Shown: piece after piece, positions 1 to 13,500 of the stretch
Layout: every line of letters begins with the position of its first letter
Position numbering within the stretch: position 1 is the first letter of the stretch
NCBI RefSeq assembly: GCF_004010195.1
Contig: NW_025214830.1
Span: forward strand, 13,841 to 52,136
Length of the DNA stretch: 38,296 nucleotides
Direction: 5' to 3'
Source of the DNA: Chiloscyllium plagiosum
Lineage: Eukaryota
Made by a program: the position numbers and the translations under genes
The notes under the pieces: generated by a model
What the model was told of the DNA's origin: nothing
The model's database searches: none
What the model saw: only the letters and a program-made list of their open reading frames with translations

Positions 1-3000
1 AGGGAAGCGCGTCCCGGTACAGCGCGAGGTAAGTGAGTCCTGGTACAGCGTGTGGGAAGTGTGTCCTGTTACACCACGAGTGAAGCGTGTCCTATACAGC
101 GTGAGGGAAGCGTGTCCCTGTATAGCACGAGAGCAGCACGTCCCAGTACAGCACGAAGGAAGCGTTTCTCAGTACAGCGTGAGGGCAGCGTGTCCCGGTA
201 CAGCGTGCGGGAAGTGTGTCCCGGTACAGCGTGAGAGAAGTGTGTCCCAGTACAGTGTGAGGGAAGTGAGACCCAGTACAGCACGAGGGAAGCGGTCCCG
301 GTACAGAGTGAGTGAGGCATGTCTCGGTATAGCACGAGGGAAGCATGTCGTGGTACAGGGCGAGGGAAGAGTGTCCCGGTACGGCGCAAGGGAACGCATC
401 CTGATAAAGCGCGAGGGGTGCATGTCTCGGTATATCACGAGGAAAGCATGGCTAAGTACAGCACGAGGGAAGCGTGTCTCGGTACAGCACGAGGGAAGCG
501 TGTCCCGGTACAGCGTGAGGGAGGCTTGTCTCGGTATAGCACGAGGGAAACATGTCATGGTACAGCGCGATGGAAGTGAGTCATGGTACAGCGTGAGGAA
601 AACGTGTCCCAGTACAACGCGAGGGAAGCGTGTCCTGTACAGCGTGAGGGAAGCGCTTCCCGGTACAGCGCGAGGGATGCGCGTCCCGGTACAGCGCGAG
701 GGAAGCACGTCCAGGTATAGCGTGAGGGTAGCGAGTCCCGGTACAGCGCGAGGGAAGCGGGTCCCGGTACAGCGCAAGGGAAGTGAGTCTTGGTACAGGT
801 TGTGGGAAGTGTGTCCCGGTACAGCGCGAAGAGTGCGTGACCCGGTACAGTGTGAGGGAAGTGAGACCCAGTACAGCACGAGGGAAGCGGGCCCGGTACA
901 GAGTGAGGAAGGCATGTCTCGGTATAGCACGAGAGAAGCATGTTGTGGTACAGCGCGAGGGAAGCGTGTCCCGTTACAGCGCAAGGGAACGCATCCTGGT
1001 ACAGCGCGAGGGGTGCATGTCTCGGTACAGCGCGAGGGAAACGTGTCTCGGTACAGCGCGAGGGAAACGTGTCCCGGTACAGCGCGAGGGAAGCGAGTCC
1101 CAGTACAGCACGAGGGAAGCGCGCCCCGGTACAGCGCGAGAGAAGCGTGTCTCGGTACAGGGCGAGGGAAGCATTTCTCAGTACAGCGCGTGGGAAGCGA
1201 GTCCCAGTACAGCTCGAGGGAAGCGTGTCCGGCACAGTGCGAGGGAAGCATTTCTCAGTACAGCACGAGGGCAGCGTGTCCCGGTACAGCGCAAGGGAAG
1301 CCTGTCCCGGTATAGCGTGAGGGAAGCGCGTCCCGGTACAGCGCGAGGGAAGCGTGTCCCAGTACAGCGAGTGGTAAGCGTTTCTCGGTACAGCGCGTGG
1401 GAAGCGAGTTCCAGTACAGCTTGAGGGAAGCATGTCCGGTACAGTGCAAGGGAAGCATATCCCTGTATAGCGCGAGGGAAGCGCATCCGGTACAGTGTGA
1501 GGGAAGCATTTCTCGGTACAGCACGAGGGCAGCGTGTCCCGGTACAGCGCAAGGGAAGCGTGTCCCGTTACAGCGCAAGGGAAGCGCGTCCCGGTACAGC
1601 GCGAGGGAAGTGAGCCCTGGTACAGCATGAGGGCAGTGTGTCCTGTTACAACACAAGGGAAGCGTGTCCTATACAGCGTGAGGGAAGCGTGTCCCTGTAT
1701 GGCATGAGGGAAGCACGTCCCAGTACAGCACGAGGGAAGCGCTTCTCAGTCCAGCGTGAGGGAAGTGTTTCCCGGTACAGGGCGAGGGAAGCGCGTCCTA
1801 GTACAGCGCGAGGGAAGCCAGTCCCGGTACAGCGTGAAGGATGCGAGTCCCGGTACAGGGCGAGGGAAGCGTTTCTCGGTACAGCGCGTGGGAAGCGAGT
1901 TCCAGTACAGCTCGAGGGAAGCATTTCTCGGTACAGCACGAGGGCAGCGTGTCCCGGTACAGCGCAAGGGAACGCATCCTGGTACAGCGCGAGGGGTGCA
2001 TGTCTCGGTATAGCACGAGGGAAACGTGTGTCGGTACAGCGCGAGGGAAACGTGTCCCGGTACAGCGCGAGGGAAGCGTGTCCCGGTACAGCGCGAGGGA
2101 AGCGGTCCTGGTACAGAGTGAGGGAGGCATGTCTCGGTATAGCACGAGGGAAGCATGTCATGGTACAGCGCGAGGGACGTGAGTCCTGGTACAGCGTGAG
2201 GAAAATGTGTCCCAGTACAACGCGAGGGAAGCGTGTCCTGTACGGCCTGAGAGAAGCGCTTCCCGGTACAGCGCGAGGGAAGCGCGTCCCGGTACAGCGC
2301 GAGGGAAGCGCGTCCCGGTATAGCGTGAGGGTAGCGCGTCCCGGTACAGCGCGAGGTAAGTGAGTCCTGGTACAGCATGTGGGAAGTGTGTCCTGTTACA
2401 ACACGAGGGAAGCGTGTCCTATACAGCGTGAGGGCAGCGTGTCATGGTACAGCGTGAGGGAGGCGTGTCCTGGTACAGCACGAGGGAAGCGTGTCCGGTA
2501 CAGCACGAGGGAAGCGTGTTCCGGTACAGCATGAGGGAGGCATGTCTCAGTATAGCACGAGGAAAGCATGTCGTGGTACAGTGCGAGGTAAGCGTGTCCC
2601 GGTATAGCGTGAGGGAAGTGCGTCCTGGTACAGCGCGAGGTAAGTGAGTCCTGGTACAGCATGTGGGAAGTGTGTCCTATACAGCGTGAGGGAAGCATGT
2701 CCCGGTACAGTGCAATGGAAGTGAGTCCTGGTACAGCGCGAGGGAAGCATGTCCTGGTACAGCGCGAGGAGGCGTGTCCCGGAACAGCACGAGGGAAGCG
2801 TGTCACGGTACAGCACGAGGGAAGCGTGTCCCGTTACAGCGCAAGGGAACGCATCCTGGTACAGTGCAATGGAAGTGAGTCCTGGTACAGCGCGAGGGAA
2901 GCGCGTCCCGGTACAGCGCGAGGGAAACACGTCCCGGTATAGCGTGAGGGTAGCGATTCCCGGTATAGCGTGAGGGTAGCGATTCCCGGTACAGCGCGAG

Positions 3001-3549
3001 GGAAGCATGTCCCGGTATAGCGTGAGGGAAGCGCGTCCCGGTACAGCGCGAGGTAAGTGAGTCCTGGTACAGCGTGTGGGAAGTGTGTCCTGTTACAACA
3101 CGAGTGAAGCGTGTCCTATACAGCGTGAGGGAAGCGTGTCCCTGTATAGCACGAGAGCAGCACGTCCCAGTACAGCACGAAGGAAGCGTTTCTCAGTACA
3201 GCGTGAGGGCAGCGTGTCCCGGTACAGCGTGCGGGAAGTGTGTCCCGGTACAGCGTGAGAGAAGTGTGTCCCAGTACAGTGTGAGGGAAGTGAGACACAG
3301 TACAGCACGAGGGAAGCGGTCCCGGTACAGAGTGAGTGAGGCATGTCTTGGTATAGCACGAGGGAAGCATGTCGTGGTACAGGGCGAGGGAAGAGTGTCC
3401 CGGTACGGCGCAAGGGAACGCATCCTGATAAAGCGCGAGGGGTGCATGTCTCGGTATGTCACGAGGGAAGCATGGCTAAGTACAGCACGAGGGAAGCGTG
3501 TCTCGGTATAGCACGAGGGAAGCGTGTCCCGGTACAGCGTGAGGGAGGC
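1..3549. repeat. higher-order duplication: 1-525 repeated at 3025-3549 (offset 3024)
   Basis: Both copies share rare variants (cacgagtgaagc, gtgcgggaag, gagtgagtgaggc, cctgataaagc, catggctaag) with only a few differences. ORFs 50/3074, 52/3076 and 319/3343 are offset by exactly 3024. Confidence 0.9.
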
Positions 3550-4536
3550 NNNNNNNNNNNNNNNNNNNNNNNNNNNNNNNNNNNNNNNNNNNNNNNNNNN
3601 NNNNNNNNNNNNNNNNNNNNNNNNNNNNNNNNNNNNNNNNNNNNNNNNNNNNNNNNNNNNNNNNNNNNNNNNNNNNNNNNNNNNNNNNNNNNNNNNNNNN
3701 NNNNNNNNNNNNNNNNNNNNNNNNNNNNNNNNNNNNNNNNNNNNNNNNNNNNNNNNNNNNNNNNNNNNNNNNNNNNNNNNNNNNNNNNNNNNNNNNNNNN
3801 NNNNNNNNNNNNNNNNNNNNNNNNNNNNNNNNNNNNNNNNNNNNNNNNNNNNNNNNNNNNNNNNNNNNNNNNNNNNNNNNNNNNNNNNNNNNNNNNNNNN
3901 NNNNNNNNNNNNNNNNNNNNNNNNNNNNNNNNNNNNNNNNNNNNNNNNNNNNNNNNNNNNNNNNNNNNNNNNNNNNNNNNNNNNNNNNNNNNNNNNNNNN
4001 NNNNNNNNNNNNNNNNNNNNNNNNNNNNNNNNNNNNNNNNNNNNNNNNNNNNNNNNNNNNNNNNNNNNNNNNNNNNNNNNNNNNNNNNNNNNNNNNNNNN
4101 NNNNNNNNNNNNNNNNNNNNNNNNNNNNNNNNNNNNNNNNNNNNNNNNNNNNNNNNNNNNNNNNNNNNNNNNNNNNNNNNNNNNNNNNNNNNNNNNNNNN
4201 NNNNNNNNNNNNNNNNNNNNNNNNNNNNNNNNNNNNNNNNNNNNNNNNNNNNNNNNNNNNNNNNNNNNNNNNNNNNNNNNNNNNNNNNNNNNNNNNNNNN
4301 NNNNNNNNNNNNNNNNNNNNNNNNNNNNNNNNNNNNNNNNNNNNNNNNNNNNNNNNNNNNNNNNNNNNNNNNNNNNNNNNNNNNNNNNNNNNNNNNNNNN
4401 NNNNNNNNNNNNNNNNNNNNNNNNNNNNNNNNNNNNNNNNNNNNNNNNNNNNNNNNNNNNNNNNNNNNNNNNNNNNNNNNNNNNNNNNNNNNNNNNNNNN
4501 NNNNNNNNNNNNNNNNNNNNNNNNNNNNNNNNNNNN
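3550..4536. other. assembly gap (987 N)
   Basis: Run of N with satellite on both sides. Confidence 0.99.
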
Positions 4537-7500
4537 GAAGTGTGTCCTGTTACAACACGAGGGAAGCGTGTCCTATACAGCATGAGGGAAGCGTGTCCCT
4601 GTAAAGCATGAGAGAAGCACGTCCCAGTACAGCACGAAGGAAGCGTTTCTCGGTACAGCGCGAGGGAAGTGAGTCCCGGTACAGCGTGAGGGAAGTGTGT
4701 CCCGGTACAGTGTGAGGGAAGTGAGACCCAGTACAGCACGAGGGAAGCGGTCCCAGTACAGAGTGAGGGAGGCATGTCTCAGTATAGCATGAGGAAAGCA
4801 TGTCGTGGTACAGCGCGAGGGAAGCGTGTCCCGGTACAGTACGAGGCATAGCATCCTGGTACAGCGCGAGGGGTGCATGTCTCGGTCAAGCACGAGGGAA
4901 ACATGTCTCGGTACAGCGTGAGGGAAACGTATCTCGGTACAGCGCGAGGGAAACGCATCCTGGTACAGCGCGAGGGAAGCGTGTCCCGGTACAGCGCGAG
5001 GGAAGCGTGCCTCGGTACAGCGCAAGGGAGCGCATCCTGGTACAGCGCGAGGGGTGCATGTCTCGGTATAGCACGAGGGAAACGTGTCTCGGTACAGCGC
5101 GAGGGAACGCATCCTGGTACAGCGCGAGGGGTGCATGTCTCGGTATAGCACGAGGGAAACGTGTCTTGGTACAGCGCGAGGGAAATGCGTCCTGGTACAG
5201 CGCGAGGGAAGCGCGTCCCGGTACAGCGCGAGGGAAGCGCCTCTGGTACAGCGCGGGAGAAGCCTGTCTCGGTACAGGGCGAGGGAAGCGTTTCTCGGTA
5301 CAGCGCGTGGGAAGCGAGTCCCAGTACAGCTCGAGGGAAGCGTGTCCAGTACAGTGCAAGGGCAGCATGTCCCTGTACAGCGCGAGGGAAGCGCATCCGG
5401 TACAGTGTGAGGGATGCATTTCTCGGTACACCATGAGGGCAGCTTGTCCCGGTACAGCGCAAGGGAAGCGTGTCCCGGTACAGCGCGAGGGAAGTGCGTC
5501 CTGGTACAGCGCGAGGGTAATGAGTACTGGTACAGCGTGAGGGCAGCGTGTCCTGTTACAACACGAAGGAAGCACTTCTCAGTACAGCGCGAGGGAAGCG
5601 TTTCCCGGTCCAGCGCGAGGGAAGTGCGTCCTTGTACAGAGCGAGGGAAGCGAGTTCCAGTACAGCACGAGGGAAGCGTGTCCCAGTGCAGCGTGAGGGA
5701 TGTGAGTCCCAGTACAGCATGAGGGAAGCGTGTCCCGGTACAGCACGAGGGAAGCATGACTCGCTACTGCGCGTGGGAATTGAGTCCCGGTACAGCGTGA
5801 GGGAAGTGAGTGCCCGTACAGCTTGAGGGAAGTGAGTCCCGGTACAGCGTGTGGGAAGCATTTCTCGCTACAGCACGAGGGCAGCGTGTCCCGGTACAGC
5901 GCGAGGGAAGCATGTCCCAGTACAGTGCAATGGAAGTGAGTCCCGGTACAGCGTGAGGGAAGTGTGTGCTGGTACAGCGCATCCCGGTACAGCATGAGGG
6001 CAGCGTGTCATAAACAGCGCGAGGGAAGCATGTCCTGGTACAGCGCGAGGAGGCGTGTCCCGGTACAGCACGAGGGAAGCGTGTCTCAGTAAAGCACGAG
6101 GGAAGCGTGTCCTGGTACAGCGTGAGGGAGGCATGACTCGGTATAGCACGAGGGAAGCATGTCATGGTACAGCGCGAGGGACGTGTGTCCCGGTACAGCG
6201 CGAGGGAAGTGAGTCCTGGTACAGCGTGAGGAAAATGTGTCCCAGTACAACGCGAGGGAAGCGTGTCCCGGTACAGCGTGAGGGAAGCATGTCCCGGTAC
6301 AGTGCAATGGAAGTGAGTCCTGGTACAGTGCGAGGAGGCGTGTCCCGGTACAGCACGAGGGAAGTGTGTCTCGGTACAGCACGAGGGCAGCGTGTCCCGG
6401 TACAGCGCGAGGGAAGCGTGTCTCGGTATAGCACGAGGGCAGCGTGTCCCGGTACAGCACGAGGGCAGCGTGTCTCGGTACAGCGCGAGGGAAGCGAGTT
6501 CCGGTACAGCGCAAGGGAAGTGAGTCTTCGTACAGGTTGAGGGAAGTGTGTCCCTGAAAAGCACGAGGGAAGAGCATCCGGTACAGTGTGAGGGAAGCAT
6601 TTCTCGGTACAGCACGAGGGCACCGTGTCCCAGTACAGCGCAAGGGAAGCGTGACCCGGTACAGCGCGAGGGAAGCGCGTCCCGGTACAGCGCGAGGGAA
6701 GTGCGTCCTGGTACAGCGTGAGGGCAGCGTGTCCTGTTACAACACGAGGGAAGCGTGTCCTCTACAGCATGAGGGAAGCGTGTCCCTGTATAGCTTGAGG
6801 GAAGCACGTCCCAGTACAGCACGAGGGAAGCGTTTCTCAGCACAGCGTGAGGGAAGCGTTTCCCGATACAGCGCGAGGGAAGCGCGTCCCGGTACAGTGC
6901 GAGGGAAGCGAGTCTCGGTACAGTGCGAGGGCAGCATATCCCTGTATAGCGCGAGGGAAGCGCATCCGGTACAGTGTGAGGGAAGCATTTCTCGGTACAG
7001 CGTGATGGCAGCTTGTCCCGGTACAGCGCAAGGGAAGCGTGTCCCGGTACAGCGCGAGGGAAGTGCGTCCCAGTACAACGCGAGGGAAGTGGGTACTGGT
7101 ACAGCGTGAGGGAAGCATGTCCCGGTACAGCACGAGGGCAGCGTGTCCCGGTACAGCGCAAGGGAAGCGTGTCCTGGTACAGCGCAAGGGAAGCGCGTCC
7201 CGGTACAGCGCGAGGGAAGTGAGCCCTGGTACAGTATGAGGGCAGCGTGTCCTGTTACAACACAACGGAAGCGTGTCCTATACAGCGTGAGGGAAGCGTG
7301 TCCCTGTATAGCATGAGGGAAGCACGTCCCAGTACAGCACGAGGGAAGCGCTTCTCAGTACAGCGTGAGGGAAGTGTTTCCCGGTACAGCGCGAGGGAAT
7401 CGCGATATAGTACAGCGCGAGGGAAGCGAGTTCCGGTACAGCGTGAGGGATGCGAGTCCCGGTACAGCGCGAGGGAAGCGTGTCCCGGTACAGGGCGAGG

Positions 7501-10500
7501 GAAGCGTTTCTCGGTACAGCGCGTGGGAAGCGAGTTCCAGTACAGCTCGGGGGAATCATGTCCGGTACAGTGCGAGGGAAGCATGTCCCTGAAAAGCACG
7601 AGGGAAGAGCATCCGGTACAGTGTGAGGGAAGCATTTCTCGGTACAGCACGAGGGCACCGTGTCCCGGTACAGCGCAAGGGAAGCGTGACCCGGTACAGC
7701 GCGAGGGAAGCGTGTCCCAGTACAGCACGAGAGAAGCGCGTCCCGGTACAGCGCGAGAGAAGCGTGTCTTGGTACAGGGCGAGGGAAGCGTTTCTCAGTA
7801 TAGCGCGTGGGAAGCGAGTCCCAGTACAGCTCGAGGGAAGCATGTCCGGGACAGTGCGAGGGAAGCATTTCTCAGTACAGCACGAGGGCAGCATGTCCCG
7901 GTACAGCGCAAGGGAAGCGTGTCCCGGTATAGCGTGAGGGAAGCGCGTCCCGGTACAGCGCAAGGTATGTGAGTCCTGGTACAGCATGTGGGAAGTGTGT
8001 CCTGTTACAACACGAGGGAAGCGTGTCCTATACAGCGTGAGGGAAGCATGTCCCTGTATAGCATGAGAGCAGCACGTCCCAGTACAGCACGAAGGAAGCA
8101 TTTCTCAGTACAGCGTGAGGGCAGCATGTCCCGGTACAGCGTGAGCGAAGTGTGTCCCGGTACAGCGCGAGGGAAGTGAGTCCCAGTACAGCATGAGAGA
8201 AGTGTGTCCCAGTACAGTGTGAGGGAAGTGAGACCCAGTACTGCACGAGGGAAGCGGTCCCGGTACAGAGTGAGGGAGGCATGTCCCGGTACAGCACAAG
8301 GGAAGCGGTCCAGGTACAGAGTGAGGGAGGCATGTCTCGGTATAGCACAAGGGAAGCATGTCGTGGTACAGGGCGAGGGAAGCGCGTCCCGGAACAGCGC
8401 GAGGTAAGTGAGTCCTGGTACAGCATGTGGGAAGTGTGTCCTGTTACAACACGAGGGAAGCGTGTCCTATACAGCGTCAGGGAAGCATGTCCCTGTATAG
8501 CATGAGAGCAGCACGTCCCAGTACAGCACGAAGGAAGCGTTTCTCAGTACAGCGTGAGGGCAGCGTGTCCCGGTACAGCGTGAGGGAAGTGTGTCCCGGT
8601 ACAGCGTGAGGGAAGTGAGTCCCGGTACAGCGCGAGGGAAGTGAGTCCAAGTACAGCGTGAGAGAAGTGTGTCCCAGTACAGTGTGAGGGAAGTGAGACC
8701 CAGTACAGCACGAGGGAAGCGGTCCCGGTACAGAGTGAGGGAGGCATGTCTCGGTATAGCACGAGGGAAGCATGTCGTGGTACAGGGCGAGGGAAGCGTG
8801 TCCCGGTACGGCGCAAGGGAACGCATCCTGATAAAGCGCGAGTGGTACATGTCTCTGTATAGCACGAGGGAAACGTGTCTAAGTACAACACGAGGAAACG
8901 TGTCCTGGTACAGCGCGAGGGAAGCGTGTCCCAGTACAGCGAGTGGTAAGCGTTTCTCGGTACAGCGCGTGGGAAGCGAGTTCCAGTACAGCTTGAGGGA
9001 AGCATGTCCAGTACAGTGCGAGGGAAGCATATCCCTGTATAGCACGAGGGAAGCGCATCCGGTACAGTGTGAGGGAAGCATTTCTCGGTACAGCACGAGG
9101 GCAGCGTGCCCCGGTACAGCGCAAGGGAAGCGTGTCCCGGTACAGCGCAAGGGAAGCGCGTCCCGGTACAGCGCGAGGGAAGTGAGCCCTGGTACAGTAT
9201 GAGGGCAGCGTGTCCTGTTACAACACGAGGGAAGCGTGTCCTATACAGCGTGAGGGAAGCGTGTCCCTGTATAGCATGTGGGAAGCACGTCCCAGTACAG
9301 CACGAGGGAAGCGCTTCTCAGTACAGCGTGAGGGAAGTGTTTCCCGGTACAGCGCGAGGGAATCGCGTCCTCGTACAGCGCGAGGGAAGCTTGTCCCGGT
9401 ACAGGGCGAGGGTAGCGTTTCTCGGTACAGCGCGTGGGAAGCGAGTTCCAGTACAGCTCGAGGGAAGCATGTCCGGTACAGTGCGAGCGAAGCATGTCCC
9501 TGTATAGCGCGAGGGAAGAGCATCCGGTACAGTGTGAGGGAAGCATTTCTTGGTACAGCATGAGGGCACCGTGTCCCGGTACAGCGCAAGGGAAACGTGA
9601 CCCGGTACAGCGCGAGGGAAGCGCGTCCCAGTACAGCGCGAGGGAAGTGCGTCCTGGTACAGCGTGAGGGCAGCGTGTCCTGTTACAACACGAGGGAAGC
9701 ATGTCCTCTACAGCTTGAGGGAAGCACGTCCCAGTACAGCACGAGGGAAGCGTTTCTCAGCACAGCGTGAGGGAAGCGTTTCCCGATACAGCGCGAGGGA
9801 AGCGCGTCCCGGTACAGCGCGAGGGAAGCGAGTCCCGGTACAGTGCGAGGGCAGCATATCCCTGTATAGCGCGAGGGAAGCGCAACCGGTACAGTGTGAG
9901 GGAAGCATTTCTCGGTACAGCATGATGGCAGCTTGTCCCGGTACAGCGCAAGGGAAGCGTGTCCCGGTACAGCGCGAGGGAAGTGCGTCCCAGTGCAGCG
10001 TGAGGGAAGTGAGTACTGGTACAGGGTGAGGGCAGCGTGTCCTGTTACAACACGAGGGAAGCGTTTCTCAGTACAGTGTGAGGGAAGCGTTTCCCGGTAC
10101 AGCACGAGGGAAGCGCGTCCTGGTACAGAGTGAGGGAGGCATGTCTCGGTATAGCACGAGGAAAGCATGTCGTGGTACAGCGCGAGGGAAACGTGTCCCG
10201 GTACAGCGCAAGGGAACGCATCCTGGTACAGCGCGAGGGGTGCATGTCTCGGTATAGCACGAGGGAAACGTGTCTCGGTACAGCGCGAGGGAAACGTGTC
10301 CCGGTACAGCGCGAGGGAAGCGTGTCCCGGTTCAGCGCGAGGGAAGCGGTCCTGGTACAGAGTGAGGGAGGCATGTCTCGGTACAGCAGAGGGAAGCATG
10401 ACATGGTACAGCGTGAGTGAAGTGTGTCCCGGTACAGCGCGAGGGAAGTGTGTCCCGGTACAGTACGAGGGATAGCATCCTGGTATAGCGTGAGGGGTGC

Positions 10501-13500
10501 ATGTCTCGGTAAAGCACAAGGGAAACGTGTCTCGGTACAGCGTGAGGGAAACGTATCTCGGTACAGCGCGAGGGAAACGCGTCCCGGTACAGCGCGAGGG
10601 AAGCGTGCCTCGGTACAGCGCAAGGGAACGCATCCTGGTACAGCGCGAGGGGTGCATGTCTCGGTCTCGTATGAGGGAAACGTGTCTCGGGACAGCGCGA
10701 GGGAACGCATCCTGGTACAGCGCGAGGTGTGCATGTCTCGGTATAGCACGAGGGAAACGTGTCCCGGTACAGCGCGAGGGAAGCGCCTCCTGGTACAGCG
10801 CTAGAGAAGCGTGTCTTGGTACAGGGCGAGGGAAGCGTTTATCGGTACAGCGCGTGGGAAGCGAGTCCCAGTACAGCTCGAGGGAAGCGTGTCCAGTACA
10901 GTGCGAGGGCAGCATGTCCCTGTACAGCGCGAGGGAAGCGCGTCGGGTACAGTGTGAGGGAATCATTTCTCGAACAGCATGAGGGCACCTTGTCACGGTA
11001 GAGCGCAAGGGAAGCGTGTCCCGGTACAGCGCGAGGGAAGTGCGTCCCGGTACAGCGCGAGGGAAGTGAGTACTGGTACAGCGTGAGGGCAGCGTGTCCT
11101 GTTACAACACGAGGGAAGCATTTCTCAGTTCAGCGTGAGGGAAGCGTTTCCCGGTCCAGCGCGAGGGAAGTGCGTCCTGGTACAGAGCGAGGGAAGCGAG
11201 TTCCGGTACTGCACGAGGGAAGCGTGTCCCAGTGCAGCGCGAGGGAAGCATGTCCTGGTACAACGCGAGGAGGCGTGTCCCGATACAGCACGAGGGAAGC
11301 GTGTCACAGTACAGCACGAGGGATGCGCGTCCCGGTATAGCGTGAGGGTTGCGAGTCCCGGTATAGCGTGAGGGTAGCGAGTCACGGTACAGCGCGAGGG
11401 AAGCGAGTCCCGGTACAGCGCAAGGGAAGTGAGTCTTGGTACAGGTTGAGGGAAGTGTGTACCGGTACAGCGCGGAGAAAGCGCGACCCGGTACAGTGTG
11501 AAGGAAGTGAGACCCAGTACAGCACGAGGGAAGCGGTCCCGGTACAGAGTGAGGAAGGCATGTCTCGGTATAGCACGAGGGAAGCATGTTGTGGTACAGC
11601 GCGAGGGAAGCGTATCTCGGTATAGAGCGAGGGAAGCGTTTCTCAGTACAGCGCGTGGGAAGCGAGTCCCAGTACAGCTCGAGGGAAGCGTGTCCGGTAC
11701 AGTGCGAGGGAAGCATTTCTCAGTACAGCACGAGGGCAGCGTGTCCCGGTACAGCGCAAGGGAAGCGTGTCCCGGTATAGCACGAGGGAAGCATGTCTCG
11801 CTACTGCGCATGGGAAGTGAGTCTAGGTACAGCGTGAGGGAAGTGAGTGCCCGTACAGCTTGAGGGAAGTGAGTCCCCGGTAAAGCGTGTGGGAAGCATT
11901 TCTCGCTACAGCGCGAGGGCAGCGTGTCCCAGTACAGCGCGAGGGAAGCATGTTCCGGTACAGCGTGAGGGAAGTGTGTGCTGGTACAGCGCATCCCGGT
12001 ACAGCATGAGGACAGCGTGTCATATACAGCGCGAGGGAAGCATGTCCTGGTACAGCGTGAGGAGGCGTGTCCAGGTACAGCATGAGGGTTGCGTGTCTCG
12101 GTACAGCACGAGGGAAACGTGTCCCGGTACAGCTCGAGGGAGGCATGACTCGGTATAGCACGAGGGAAGAGCATCCGGTACAGTGTGAGGGAAGCATTTC
12201 TCGGTACAGCACGAGGGCACCGTGTCCCGGTACAGCGCAAGGGAAGCGTGACCCGGTACAGCGCGAGGGAAGCGCGTCCCGGTACAGCGCGAGGGAAGTG
12301 CGTCCTGGTACCGTGTGAGAGCAGCGTGTCCTGTTACAACACGAGGGAAGCGTGTCCTCTACAGCGTGAGGGAAGCGTGTCCCTGTATAGCTTGAGAGAA
12401 GCACGTCCCAGTACAGCACGAGGGAAGCGTTTCTCAGCACAGCGTGAGGGAAGCGTTTCCCGGTACAGCGCGAGGGAAGCGCGTCCCGGTACAGCGCAAG
12501 GGAAGCGAGTCCCGGTACAGTGCGACGGCAGCATATCCCTGTATTGCGCGAGGGAAGCGCATCCGGTACAGTGTGAGGGAAGCATTTCTCGGTACAGCAT
12601 GAGGGCAGCTTGTCCCGGTACAGAGCAAGGGAAGCGTGTCCCGGTACAGCGCGAGGGAAGTGCGTCCCGGTACAGCGCGAGGGAAGTGGGTACTGGTACA
12701 GCGTGAGGGCAGCGTGTCCTGTTACAACACGAGGGAAGCGTTTCTCAGTACAGTGTGAGGGAAGCGTTTCCCGGTCCAGCGTGAGGGCAGCGCATCCTGG
12801 TACAGCGTGAGGGCAGCGTGTCCTGGTACAGCGCCAGGGAAGCGTGTCCCGGTATAGCGCAAGGGAAGCGCGTCCTGGTACAGCACGAGGTAAGTGAGTC
12901 CTGGTACAGCATGTGAGAAGTGTGTCCTGTTACAACACGAGGGAAGCGTGTCCTATACAGCGTGAGGGAAGCGTGTCCCTCTGAAGCATGAGAGAAGCAC
13001 GTCCCAGTACAGCACGAAGGAAGCGTTTCTCAGTACAGTGTGAGGGCAGCGTGTCCCGGTACAGCGTGAGGGAAGTGAGTCTTGGTACAGGTTGAGGGAA
13101 GTGTGTCCCGGTACAGCGCGAAGAAAGCGCGACCCGGTACAGTGTGAGAGAAGTGAGACCCAGTACAGCACGAGGGAAGCGGTCCCGGTACAGAGTGAGG
13201 AAGGCATGTCTCGGGAGAAACGAGGGAAGCATGTCGTGGTACAGCGCAAGGGAAGCGTGTCCCGTTACAGCGGAAGGGAACACATCCTGGTACAGCGCGA
13301 GGGGTGCATGTCTCGGTATAGCACGAGGGAAACGTGTCCCGGTACAGCGGAAGGGAACACATCCTGGTACAGCGCGAGGGGTGCATGTCTCGGTATAGCA
13401 CGAGGGAAACGTGTCTCGGTACAGCGCGAGGGAAATGTGTCCCGGTACAGCGCGAGGGAAGCTTGTCCCAGTACAGCACGAGGGAAGCGCGTCCCGGTAC

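Noticed and set aside
27..34. Perfect splice-donor-like AGGTAAGT recurring in the domain A cassette
   Set aside because: It arises from point variants of AGGGAAGC that were spread by block duplication; there is no exon or acceptor evidence.
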